Part shown: in pieces, positions 1 through 7,740 of the stretch | How positions within the stretch are numbered: the stretch's first letter is position 1 | Layout of the letters: each line of letters opens with the position of its first letter | Origin: an uncultured Pseudomonadota bacterium | Lineage (GTDB): Bacteria > Myxococcota_A > Polyangia > Fen-1088 | DNA: 64,000 nt | Reading direction: 5' to 3' | NCBI GenBank assembly: GCA_963725905.1 | Contig: CAVSAG010000002.1 | Location: forward strand, 1,140,514-1,204,513 | Made by a program: the position numbers and the translations under genes | Notes under the pieces: generated by a model | The model's input: only the letters and a program-made list of their open reading frames with translations | What the model was told of the DNA's origin: nothing | Databases searched by the model: none

Positions 1-398
1 ATTCGAGCCGCGGTGGTCTGGTGAACAACGTCAGCTACAGCGACATCTGCATGCGCGGCGTGGCCAACCCGATCTTCCTGACACCGACCTATTCGACGGC
101 CACCGGCAGCGACATTCCGCACTACACGAACATCTCCTTCTCGAACATCCACGTCCTGACGGGTGGAAACTCGCCGACCGTGACGCTCAATGGGTATAGC
201 TCGTCGTACATCAACAGCGTCACGCTCGACAACGTCGTCTTCGACCCGACGCCGAAGGTGACGGCGTCGTACACCAACGTGACGCTCGGGCCGGGGGCCG
301 TCAGCTTCACGCCCTCGGGGACCGGCGTCACCGTCACCAACAAAGTCTCCGGGACGTCGACGCCGAACCCCTGCACCAACAAGTGGGTGACGTTCTAG
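1..398 (+). CDS. Glycoside hydrolase family 28 (polygalacturonase-like), C-terminal fragment; 5' end lies outside the window
   Basis: The frame is open from nt 3 (SSRGGLVNNVSY..). The last ~130 aa align colinearly with the C-terminus of the complete GH28 paralog at 4972..6540 (..LTPTYSTATG.., ..VTVTNKVSGTSTPN.C..WVTF stop). Confidence 0.8.
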   Translation, partial: SSRGGLVNNVSYSDICMRGVANPIFLTPTYSTATGSDIPHYTNISFSNIHVLTGGNSPTVTLNGYSSSYINSVTLDNVVFDPTPKVTASYTNVTLGPGAVSFTPSGTGVTVTNKVSGTSTPNPCTNKWVTF

Positions 399-404
399 CC
401 GCTC

Positions 405-1973
405 TCAGTCGCCGGCCGGCGCGAACGTGAACGGGTAGGAGACCATCGCCAGTCCGCCGTGCTCAGGCGCCGGGAACTCCCAGCGCTTGATGGCGTTGAC
501 GACGCACGCTTCGACGGCGACAGCCTTCAACGTCGAGCTCTGGACGACAGCCGCCAGGACCCGACCGGAGGGTGCGATCGTGAACTGCGTGACGAGGCGT
601 CCCTCGAGCGACGGGCGTTTGGTGAGCGCGTCCTGGTAACAGAATCTGACCTCATTGAGGTGGCGGCGGACGATGCGGCGGATGATCTCCTTGTCCAGGT
701 TCCCCTGGACGTGCCCGATTCCCGGGATCGCGTCGGGGCCGTGCGGCTTGTGGGTGGCCAGATCGCCGATTCCGTGTCCCCACCCGTAGTCCCGGCCACC
801 GCCGCCGCCCATGCGGCCGATCGTGTGGAGCGGGCCGCCGCCGCCGATCGTTCCCTCACCCTCGCCGCCGCCGCCGCGCCCGGTTCCGAAGATGCCTATG
901 CCGCCGGCGCCCCAGCCCGGACCGATGTTGGAGGCGATCAGGTTCCCGAGGACGTCGTGTGCCTCGGAGCCCAGCGCCGAGCGGTCGGAGAAGACGTCGT
1001 CCAGCGCGCTCGAGCGCGGGCCGTCGAGGACGGCCAGCAGCGTGCTGTCGTGAATCCGCGCAGCGGCCGCGCGCGCGTCCTGCGGTGGCGCCGTTCCCTT
1101 GATCGCGAGGCGCCGGTTGGCGTCGCGTGGCGCCTTGCGATCGCCGGCCTGGCCCGATGGCTTGGCTGCCGCCGGCGCGCCGCTGCCGCCGGCGGCCTCG
1201 TGCATCGATTTGGCGCTGTCAATCGCCGGCGTGGCGATCTCGACGGGGATCGTCAGCGCACGTGCGAGGCGCCCGGAGCCGTCGATCATGTCGAGGGAGA
1301 GAGCGCGCGGGTCGGCGGGGATGAGGTGAACGATCAGCATGAGGAGGCCGATCGCCAGCGCCACAGCGAGCAGGTACTTGCCGTTTTCGCGCCAGTCGCT
1401 CGGCAGACGCGGGCGCGGCACGGCCGCCGCTGGCTCGGCGGGGTGGATGTCGAACGAAACCTCGCCGCAGGGGACGTGGAGGCGGCTTCCTGGCGGCAGC
1501 GCGAGCGGTGCCTCGGCGCGCCCCGCGTCCGGCCCCAGCGCCAGCGCCTGCAGCTCGGTCAGCAAGCGTGGGCGCATCGCCGCGCTCAGGTTGAGGACGA
1601 ACCCACCGGGCGCCGGCTCGAGGAAGACGTGACGGCGCGGTCCGGGCGGCGCGCCGGTGTCGGGGAGCCAGGCCGGGTTCACCGGCGCGTCGGCGCCGCG
1701 CGCGTCGCCGATGGCGAACGCTCGCGATTCGTCGGCGCGCAGCAGCCGGCTCGCCAGGGTGACGCCGCGAAAGCGGGCTTCGACGAGCAGGGCCGGCGCG
1801 GCGAGCCGCAACGGCGCGGGGGCGGCCGGCGCCGTCGGCGTGGCGTCGACGTTGGCGTCCGGATCACCGGCGGCGAACGGGTCGAGCGCGGGCGACGGTG
1901 GCGGGGTGAGCGGGCCTCGAGGCGGGGGGCCAAGGGGCCGGCCAGGTGTCCGACGTTGATCGGCGGGTTGCAT
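405..1973 (-). CDS. Single-pass membrane protein with C-terminal TonB-C / AgmX-PglI-type domain
   Basis: ATG at 1973 is preceded by AGGAGG. It has a central TM (YLLAVALAIGLLMLIVHLI) and a Gly-rich linker. The C-terminal ~90 aa (..IRRIVRRHLNEVRFCYQ..GRLVTQFTIAPSGRV..AIKRWEFP..) are typical of the TonB C-terminal fold. Confidence 0.75.
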   Translation of the reverse strand: MQPADQRRTPGRPLGPPPRGPLTPPPSPALDPFAAGDPDANVDATPTAPAAPAPLRLAAPALLVEARFRGVTLASRLLRADESRAFAIGDARGADAPVNPAWLPDTGAPPGPRRHVFLEPAPGGFVLNLSAAMRPRLLTELQALALGPDAGRAEAPLALPPGSRLHVPCGEVSFDIHPAEPAAAVPRPRLPSDWRENGKYLLAVALAIGLLMLIVHLIPADPRALSLDMIDGSGRLARALTIPVEIATPAIDSAKSMHEAAGGSGAPAAAKPSGQAGDRKAPRDANRRLAIKGTAPPQDARAAAARIHDSTLLAVLDGPRSSALDDVFSDRSALGSEAHDVLGNLIASNIGPGWGAGGIGIFGTGRGGGGEGEGTIGGGGPLHTIGRMGGGGGRDYGWGHGIGDLATHKPHGPDAIPGIGHVQGNLDKEIIRRIVRRHLNEVRFCYQDALTKRPSLEGRLVTQFTIAPSGRVLAAVVQSSTLKAVAVEACVVNAIKRWEFPAPEHGGLAMVSYPFTFAPAGD

Positions 1974-2060
1974 CGTGTCCTCCTGGATCGAAGGACACGC
2001 CGCCAGCGCCACGGTTCCGCGAGAACTTTTTCCGCGCGTCGGTGTCGCGCGCGACGCGCG

Positions 2061-2708
2061 CTACTGGAAGTCTTGCACCGCGGTGACCTGACCGTTAACG
2101 GTGGCGATCCCGCAGGCGACCATCGTGTAGGTGGTGTTGGTCATGTTGATGAAGTGGCCGTGCGTCTCGTAGCAGCTTCCGCCGCAGGGATTGGTCGGCG
2201 GCGGCCCCTCGTTGAACATCTGCTGCAGGCAGCCGCTCACCACCTGCGTCTCCGATTGCCAGCCCGGACACTCGTCCTGCGCGAACCCCTCGGGCTTGCA
2301 GAGCCCGGACATGAACCCGGCATGCGCGCCGTTGGCCGGATCGTACGCCGAGTCCATGTTCGCGCAGTCCTCGCCGGCGTTCCAGCGGGTGAGCGGCGGC
2401 AGGCAGACGCAGGCGCGGAACTGGTTCACGCGCGCGACGCAGTCGGCGTAATAGTCACCGGTGTTGGGCGCCGTCGGCATACAGGTGTAGTCGGGCGTGC
2501 AGCCGGAGGTCCCGCCCGCGCCCGTCGTGCCGCCGCTGCCGGGCGCGCCGCCTGCGCCCGTCGTGCCGCCGCTGCCGGGCGCGCCGTCGGTCCCGTTGGC
2601 GCCGCCGGTCGCCGACGCTCCGCCGCTGCCGCTCCCCGAGCCCGGTCCGGCGGCGGTGCCGCAGGCGGCGGTGACGACGACCAGTCCGACCCAGAGCCCG
2701 CGCCTCAC
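2061..2708 (-). CDS. Lipoprotein with CAP/SCP/PR-1-like domain
   Basis: GTG start and lipobox VVTAAC, then a Gly/Ser/Thr/Ala linker. ..VNQFRA..LPPLTRW.. and ..HGHFINMTNTTYTMVACG.. resemble CAP-domain signature blocks. Confidence 0.65.
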   Translation of the reverse strand: MRRGLWVGLVVVTAACGTAAGPGSGSGSGGASATGGANGTDGAPGSGGTTGAGGAPGSGGTTGAGGTSGCTPDYTCMPTAPNTGDYYADCVARVNQFRACVCLPPLTRWNAGEDCANMDSAYDPANGAHAGFMSGLCKPEGFAQDECPGWQSETQVVSGCLQQMFNEGPPPTNPCGGSCYETHGHFINMTNTTYTMVACGIATVNGQVTAVQDFQ

Positions 2709-2757
2709 ACGCTCGAGGATAGCACGCGCGTGACGGGAGCTCGTCGCGTGGCCGGCG

Positions 2758-4212
2758 CTACCCGGGGTTCCCGCTGCTGTCGCAGGTGTAGTACTGCTTG
2801 TACGTCCCGTCGGCGCCGGTCACGTTCCCTTTGTACGCGCAGGTCGGGCGGCAGCAGTCCTGCATCGTCGTCGTCGTGTAGCCCGACGAGAAGCCCTTGC
2901 CGTTCGCCGAGTTCATGTCGACCGCCGTTGGATTGGCCGCCGGCAGCCCTTGCGAGTTCAGCTTGCAGCCGGTGACGCGCGTCAGGTTGGCCGGGCACTC
3001 GATCCGCTTGGCCATCACGTTCCAGTTGAGGTGGTAGAGGTTCTGCACCTGGTTCGTCTCCTCGCAGGAGACCTGGGTCGAGCTCTGCACGGAGGCGTTC
3101 CCGGCCTTGATCATCTGGCAGTCGCTCGCGATCGCGTCCTGGCAGGACATCGTGGCGATGGATGACGACGTGTACATGTTGTTGTTCGCGCACTGGCTGA
3201 CCGTCAGCGCGCGGATGCCGCCGTTGTTTGGCTGGCCGATGCTCGGGTAAGTCGTGTACTGCGCGTTGCAGCCGGCGGTGTTGGCCCCCTCGCCGCCGCT
3301 CCCCATGAAGATGTCGAAGTTCTTGCCGCCGCCGGCGCCGGTGTTGAACGCCTGGACGATCATCGGCTTCGGGGTCGCCACGCCGCTCACGTTGTCGCGC
3401 GGCGAGGTGAAGATCAGCTGATAGCACTGGCAGCAGGCGTTGCCCCCCGACTCCGTATCGAGGCCGCCCGTGTCCTTGTCGTGGCCGACGACGCCGTAGA
3501 CGAACTGCGGGTTCGTCGGCGACATGAAGTCGTCGGTCTCGGCGACCTTGAACTCGGGGCTGAACACCATGTCGCGCGTGCACATGAACGCCGGGCCGCC
3601 GTTGCAGCCGCTGCCGACCGTGTCGCCGGTGGCGGGCCCGTTGATCTTGTAAGTGGGGCAGGCGGGGCACGAGCCGCCGCAATCGACGCCGGTCTCGTTT
3701 TGGTTCTGCATGTTGTCGCTGCAGGTCCCCGGCGTCGTCGCGCCGCCAGTTCCGGACGCGCCAGCTGCGCCGCCTGACGATCGACCGTTGGCGCCGCCGG
3801 TGGCGGTCCCGCCCGTTCCGCCCTTGGCGCCGCCCGTCCCCGCGCCGGCCGCGCCGCCGGTCCCGCTTCCGGCGGCTCCGCCGGTCGCGCCGCCGGTTCC
3901 CGTGCCGCCGCTCCCCCCCTTGGCGCCGCCGGTTCCGCTGCCGCCGCTTCCACCCGTGGCGGTCCCGCCGGTTCCACCGCGCCCCGTGGTGCCGCCACTC
4001 GAGCTGTTGCCGCCGGTGCCGCCGCTGGCGTTGTTGCCGCCGGTGCCAGTCGAGCCACCGCTGGCGCTGCTGCCGCCCGCGCCGTTGCCGCCCGAGGCGT
4101 TGCTGCCGCCACTGCCGGAAATGTTGTCGCTGCTCGAGCCGGCGCAGCTGGTCAGGGCGGCCGCGAATACAACTGTCGCGACGAGCCCAATTAAGCGAAT
4201 CCGATTTTCCAT
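2758..4212 (-). CDS. Lipoprotein with GH45-like endoglucanase (double-psi beta-barrel) domain, apparently circularly permuted
   Basis: Lipobox ALTSC and a ~150 aa G/S/T/A linker. ..GGNACCQCYQLIFTS..MIVQAFNTGAGGGKNFDIFMGSGG.. and ..IECPANLTRVTGC.. are colinear with fungal GH45 (CCACYELTF..MVVQSTSTGG..HFDLNIPGGG..QCPAELVARTGC). The YWDCCKPSC-type motif (TTMQDCCRPTCAY) sits at the C-terminus. Confidence 0.75.
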   Translation of the reverse strand: MENRIRLIGLVATVVFAAALTSCAGSSSDNISGSGGSNASGGNGAGGSSASGGSTGTGGNNASGGTGGNSSSGGTTGRGGTGGTATGGSGGSGTGGAKGGSGGTGTGGATGGAAGSGTGGAAGAGTGGAKGGTGGTATGGANGRSSGGAAGASGTGGATTPGTCSDNMQNQNETGVDCGGSCPACPTYKINGPATGDTVGSGCNGGPAFMCTRDMVFSPEFKVAETDDFMSPTNPQFVYGVVGHDKDTGGLDTESGGNACCQCYQLIFTSPRDNVSGVATPKPMIVQAFNTGAGGGKNFDIFMGSGGEGANTAGCNAQYTTYPSIGQPNNGGIRALTVSQCANNNMYTSSSIATMSCQDAIASDCQMIKAGNASVQSSTQVSCEETNQVQNLYHLNWNVMAKRIECPANLTRVTGCKLNSQGLPAANPTAVDMNSANGKGFSSGYTTTTMQDCCRPTCAYKGNVTGADGTYKQYYTCDSSGNPG

Positions 4213-4312
4213 GAACTACACCTCTAAACTGTTCGAGGGGAGGGCGACGGGAGTCTAGGCATATTCCGTCGAGGGCGCCAAGATCGATCGGGCCTCTTCG
4301 CGACCTCCACGG

Positions 4313-4831
4313 TTAGGGAAACGCGGGGCAGCCCGTCGTCGAAGAAGTCGTCACGCACGTCCAGTGTGTGTGCGGTCCATCGATCGCGCCGTGCAGCGGT
4401 TCCTCGCAGCAGAGCTGTCCGGTGGTGCAGGCCGGGATGCACTGGCTGGCGTCGGCGCCGCCCGAGCCGGTGCTGCCGCCGGTGGCGCCGCCGTGGCCGC
4501 CCGCGCCGCCACTGCCGCCCGGTCCGCCGCCGCCCGCGCCGCCACTGCCGCCCGGTCCGCCGCCGCCCGCGCCGCCACTGCCGCCCGGCCGGCCGCCGCT
4601 GTCGCTTCCACCGCTTCCGATCCCGCCTGCGCCGCCCGATCCGGAATGGCCCGCGCTCGAGCCACCGGCAGCGCCGCTCGCGCCCGACCGACCCGCGCCG
4701 CCGCCGCCGCTGCCGGTCGTGCCGCCGCCGTCGCTCGTCGAGCTGACGTTGCCGCAGGCGACGAAGGCGACGGGGCCGAGCATCGCCGCGAGCACGCCGA
4801 CCAGACGAAGACGAGACTGATCCGGCATCAT
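4313..4831 (-). CDS. Small lipoprotein: Gly-rich repeat linker plus 6-Cys C-terminal module, function unknown
   Basis: ATGATG start and lipobox AFVAC. It carries an 11-aa perfect repeat (GGSGGAGGGGP x3). C-terminus: ..SQCIPACTTGQLCCEEPLHG..HWTCVTTSSTTGCPAFP. Confidence 0.6.
   Translation of the reverse strand: MMPDQSRLRLVGVLAAMLGPVAFVACGNVSSTSDGGGTTGSGGGGAGRSGASGAAGGSSAGHSGSGGAGGIGSGGSDSGGRPGGSGGAGGGGPGGSGGAGGGGPGGSGGAGGHGGATGGSTGSGGADASQCIPACTTGQLCCEEPLHGAIDGPHTHWTCVTTSSTTGCPAFP
4496..4588 (-). repeat. 33-bp perfect tandem repeat (~2.8 copies) inside the CDS, encoding GGSGGAGGGGP units
   Basis: The anchor CACTG recurs at 4510, 4543 and 4576 with identical flanks. The first mismatches are at 4495 and 4589. 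Confidence 0.85.
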
Positions 4832-4971
4832 CGAACAGCGTACAGCAGATCGGCTGTCACGAGATCGCCTCGTGGCGCCGTCGCGGGTGAGCGGATGTAG
4901 GCGTCATTTTTCCGACGGCGAGCGCCGCGGCGTGAGCCGTTTTTTCGCGGCCGGAAGACCCTTGGGGGAGC

Positions 4972-6540
4972 ATGTCGCGTCGTCCTAGCTTCCTGTTCGT
5001 CTTCCTGATACTCGCGTTCGGCGTTGCAGCGTGCGGCACCAATCAGGGGCCGCCGACCGTCGCGGGGAGCGGCGGCACCGGCATCGGCGGCGGCGGCTCG
5101 AGCGGCGTCGCGGGCGCCGGTATGGCGGGCGCGGCGGGAAGCGCCGCGGGCGGAACCGGGGCCGCGGGCACGGGCACGGCCGGCACGACCGGCGCCGCGG
5201 GGAACGGCGCCGCGGGCGCCGGCGGCGCGGCGGCGGTCGGGAATCCCTGCGCGACGATCGATTCGACGTTGCCGCCCGAGCCGGCGACCCCGCCGGCGTG
5301 CGCGACGCTGATGGCGAGCTTCGCCAGCGTGGCCGGAACGACGCCCAGCGAAGCGAACCTCGACACCTCGCGCATCCAGACGGCGCTCAACGGCTGCGCG
5401 GCCGGGCAAGCGGTCCAGCTCGTGACCAGCGGCGCGAACGATGGCTTCATTATCGGACCGATCCACCTGCCGACGGGCGTGTCGCTCTGGGTCGACACCG
5501 GTGTCACGCTCTACGGCACGCGCGATCCGGTGGTCTACAACCAGGCCGCCGCGCTCATCACGGCGAACGGCGCCAACTCGGGTATCTACGGCCCCGGGAT
5601 CATCGACGGGCAGGGGGGCGAGCCCCAGGTCGGCAACACGATGTCGTCGTGGGACATCAACGGCGCCAACGGCGACAACCCTTCCATCATTCGGACCCAG
5701 GGGGCGACGAACTTCACCCTCTACAAGATCGTGCTGCACAACGCGCCCAAGTTCCACGTCCAGCTCGGCGCGGCCGGCTTCATCGTCTGGGGGATCACCA
5801 TCAAGACGCCGTCGACGACGGTGAACAGCGTGGGGACCAAGCTGACCCCGTCGAGCGCCCACAACACCGACGGCGTCGACCCCGGCGAGTCGGCCAGCAA
5901 CGGCTTCATCGTCAACAACCAGATCAGCGTCGGTGACGATCACATCGCCATCAAGGGCGGCACCAACGTCAACAAGCTCACCATCGCCCACAATCATTTC
6001 GAGGCCGGCCACGGGATGTCGATCGGCAGCGAGACCAACGGCGGCGTCTCCAACGTCACCGTCTGCGATCTCACGATCGACGGCACCAACACTGGCCTCT
6101 CGGGCGGCAGCTCCAACGGCATCCGCATCAAGTCCGACCCGAGCCGCGGGGGGATGGTGCAGAACATCTTCTACGGCGACGTCTGTACGCGCGGGCTCAC
6201 CAACCCCATCATCCTGACGCCCAAGTACTCCACCGCCACGGGGACCGAGTACCCCTGGTACACGGGGATCACCATCCAGAATTTCCGGTCGGTGAGCACC
6301 TCGACGGCGCCGAAGCTCACGCTGCTCGGCTACGACGCCACGCACATGCTGGGGCTGACGCTCGACAACGTCGTCGTCGATGACGTCACCTCGGACAACA
6401 TCAACGCGAGCTACGCCAACATCACGCTCGGGCCGGGGAACGTGAACTTCACCCCGACCGGCACCAGCGTGACGGTGACGAACAAGATCTCCGGGACCTC
6501 GACGCCGAACGACTGCACCAGCAGATGGGTCACGTTCTAG
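4972..6540 (+). CDS. Glycoside hydrolase family 28 (polygalacturonase / pectin hydrolase) lipoprotein
   Basis: Lipobox FGVAAC and a Gly/Ala/Thr linker. GH28 blocks are present: NTDGVDP, GDDHIAIKGG, GHGMSIGSE, GIRIKSD. It is a paralog of the fragment at 1..398. Confidence 0.9.
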   Translation: MSRRPSFLFVFLILAFGVAACGTNQGPPTVAGSGGTGIGGGGSSGVAGAGMAGAAGSAAGGTGAAGTGTAGTTGAAGNGAAGAGGAAAVGNPCATIDSTLPPEPATPPACATLMASFASVAGTTPSEANLDTSRIQTALNGCAAGQAVQLVTSGANDGFIIGPIHLPTGVSLWVDTGVTLYGTRDPVVYNQAAALITANGANSGIYGPGIIDGQGGEPQVGNTMSSWDINGANGDNPSIIRTQGATNFTLYKIVLHNAPKFHVQLGAAGFIVWGITIKTPSTTVNSVGTKLTPSSAHNTDGVDPGESASNGFIVNNQISVGDDHIAIKGGTNVNKLTIAHNHFEAGHGMSIGSETNGGVSNVTVCDLTIDGTNTGLSGGSSNGIRIKSDPSRGGMVQNIFYGDVCTRGLTNPIILTPKYSTATGTEYPWYTGITIQNFRSVSTSTAPKLTLLGYDATHMLGLTLDNVVVDDVTSDNINASYANITLGPGNVNFTPTGTSVTVTNKISGTSTPNDCTSRWVTF

Positions 6541-6648
6541 CGCCCTGCTGGCGCTGAGCCGGAGCCCGTCGCGCCAGATTGGCAGCCCCCGGCGCACCTC
6601 GGCCGTAACTCCCCCCGTCTCTTCGCGGCCGAAGGAGCCGATGCGTCG

Positions 6649-6664
6649 TGGCACCACCGTTGCT
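6649..6664 (+). promoter_or_regulatory. Candidate sigma-54 (-24/-12) promoter
   Basis: TGGCAC-caccg-TTGCT is an exact match to the TGGCAC-N5-TTGCW consensus. It is intergenic, 21 nt upstream of the ATG at 6685. The implied leader is very short (~10 nt), which lowers confidence. Confidence 0.45.
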
Positions 6665-6684
6665 CTCGATGGAGAGCAGTCGGC

Positions 6685-7101
6685 ATGTGGAAGCGAGCCA
6701 TCGGTTTTGGCCTCTTGCTGGTGTTCACCGCTTCGATGGCCCATGGCGCCGATCGGGCGCCGGCCGCCAGGGCGGGCAGCGCCTGCAGCAGGCTCCCCGA
6801 GGGGAAGCGGATCGTGAAGCTCAATCTCAAACCGGAGACGGAGGTCACCGATCTGGTCGCCTGGATCTCGGCGATCACCTGCAAGCAGTTCGTGGTGCCG
6901 GATCTTCCCGCGAGCCACGCCAAGGTGACGATCGTGGCGCCCAGCTTGATCACGCCGCGCGAGGCTTACCGGCTGTTTCTCGAGGCGCTCGACTCGGTCG
7001 GCCTGACAGTCTGCCCGGCCGGCCCGTTCCTGCGGATCATCGAGAGCGGGAAGGCGAAAGGCTCGCCCATCCCCGTCGTCGGGTTCGACGGGCCAGACTA
7101 G
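6685..7101 (+). CDS. Stand-alone secretin N0-domain-like secreted protein (GspD/PilQ N-terminal domain only)
   Basis: Signal peptide MWKRAIGFGLLLVFTASMAHG. ..VKLNLKPETEVTDLVAWISAITCKQFVVPDLPASHAKVTIVAPSLITPREAYRLFLEALDSVGLTV.. matches the secretin N0 domain. The ORF ends after 138 aa with no N1-N3 or secretin core. Confidence 0.65.
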   Translation: MWKRAIGFGLLLVFTASMAHGADRAPAARAGSACSRLPEGKRIVKLNLKPETEVTDLVAWISAITCKQFVVPDLPASHAKVTIVAPSLITPREAYRLFLEALDSVGLTVCPAGPFLRIIESGKAKGSPIPVVGFDGPD

Positions 7102-7229
7102 CGGGTCAGGATCGAGTAGAAGACCATCACCAGGGTCACGAGCCCGCTGCCCGCCACGATGGCGGCGACGAGCTCCAGCCTGCGGCCCCGTCGTGCGCGC
7201 TGCCAGGCAATCGTTTCAGTTTCCGACAC
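7098..7229 (-). CDS. Possible 43-aa single-TM protein (below the ORF-track size cutoff)
   Basis: GTG at 7229 has GGAG 9 nt upstream. It translates to VSETETIAWQRARRGRRLELVAAIVAGSGLVTLVMVFYSILTR. Its stop overlaps the stop of the convergent gene at 6685..7101. There is no homology evidence. Confidence 0.3.
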   Translation of the reverse strand: MSETETIAWQRARRGRRLELVAAIVAGSGLVTLVMVFYSILTR

Positions 7230-7295
7230 GGTGCTTGCTCCGACCCTTTCTCTCGGCGGGTCAGGGAGCTGTCTTGAGCGCGGTGCTCGGCGTCC

Positions 7296-7332
7296 AAAAT
7301 GAAAAAGCCCCGGAAGTCGCCTCCCGGGGCTT
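7296..7332 (-). terminator. Rho-independent terminator of the 7373..7546 gene
   Basis: The minus strand reads AAGCCCCGG-gaggcgactt-CCGGGGCTT-TTTCATTTT. This is a 9-bp GC stem followed by a T-tract, 40 nt after the stop codon. Confidence 0.65.
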
Positions 7333-7372
7333 CTTGAACCGCGATCCGGGAGACCCGGACCAGCGGGATAAA

Positions 7373-7546
7373 CTACTCGGCCTTCTTGTCGTCCGCCTTC
7401 TTGTCGTCCGCCTTCTTGGACTTCTTGGCCTTCTTCTCCTTCTTGGCCGGGGCGTCAGCGGCGGGAGCATCCTCCGCCTTGGCAACGGTCCAGCTGGCGG
7501 GGAGAAGAACGGCGAGGGCGAGGAAGATAACGCGGGTGAGCTTCAT
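7373..7546 (-). CDS. 57-aa secreted Lys-rich protein
   Basis: ATG at 7546 has AAGGAG 7 nt upstream. Signal peptide MKLTRVIFLALAVLLPASWTVAKA, then EDAPAADAPAKKEKKAKKSKKADDKKADDKKAE. The 374-aa ORF in the track is an upstream over-extension of this gene. Confidence 0.6.
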   Translation of the reverse strand: MKLTRVIFLALAVLLPASWTVAKAEDAPAADAPAKKEKKAKKSKKADDKKADDKKAE

Positions 7547-7600
7547 GACTGTCTCCTTGATCGTGTTTGGACGCGAACCGTCCGAGTGCGAGTTGTTGCA

Positions 7601-7616
7601 AGCAGAGGCCGTGCCA
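7601..7616 (-). promoter_or_regulatory. Candidate sigma-54 (-24/-12) promoter
   Basis: The minus strand reads TGGCAC-ggcct-CTGCT, a 10/11 match to TGGCAC-N5-TTGCW. The predicted leader to the ATG at 7546 is ~45 nt and contains the SD. Confidence 0.5.
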
Positions 7617-7740
7617 TCGCGTGCCCCGATCCATGAAGGGGCCAGATCCCTGAAACTCGGGGCGAATTTTCCGAGCCTGGGCGCGATCGCCGGGGGCTGT
7701 GTGGCGCTTTGGTCTGCGCTCCGTGGGACTGTGTAGAACT

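Noticed and set aside
2020-2060. GC-rich hairpin GCGCGTCG-N8-CGACGCGC, downstream of the CAP-domain gene, as an intrinsic terminator.
   Set aside because: No T-tract follows it on the transcribed (minus) strand. The next gene, with its own strong SD, starts about 50 nt further on. This is not sufficient evidence for a terminator call.
459-2975. Very long ORFs on the strand opposite to well-supported genes. Examples: 459..2975 (+), 4828..6918 (-), 7699..10089 (+), 10417..12606 (-), 25162..27624 (+), 39674..41770 (+), 41847..44054 (-), 57483..58547 (-), 59059..61209 (-).
   Set aside because: Their translations are Arg/Ala/Gly/Pro-rich low-complexity with no recognisable motifs. They span several independent genes on the other strand, and each is shadowed by a gene with clear family signatures. 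This is the typical stop-codon-poor antisense artefact of ~70% GC DNA.
3653-4258. Pro-rich ORFs (PPVPP/APPVAPP repeats) at 3653..4258, 4368..4820, 14220..14522, 19306..19944, 45253..45636, 47106..48476 and 49494..49934.
   Set aside because: They are the exact antisense of the Gly-rich (GGN codon) tethers of the lipoproteins. They have no start context and end where the tethers end.
6648-7277. 209-aa ORF 6648..7277 (+), 147-aa ORF 7193..7636 (+), and a 58-aa ORF from ATG 6641 that has a strong GAAGGAG upstream.
   Set aside because: The translations are Arg/Gly-rich junk that overlap the better-supported N0-domain gene, the terminator hairpin and the Lys-rich peptide gene. The ATG at 6641 gives no signal or motif and overlaps the sigma-54 element.
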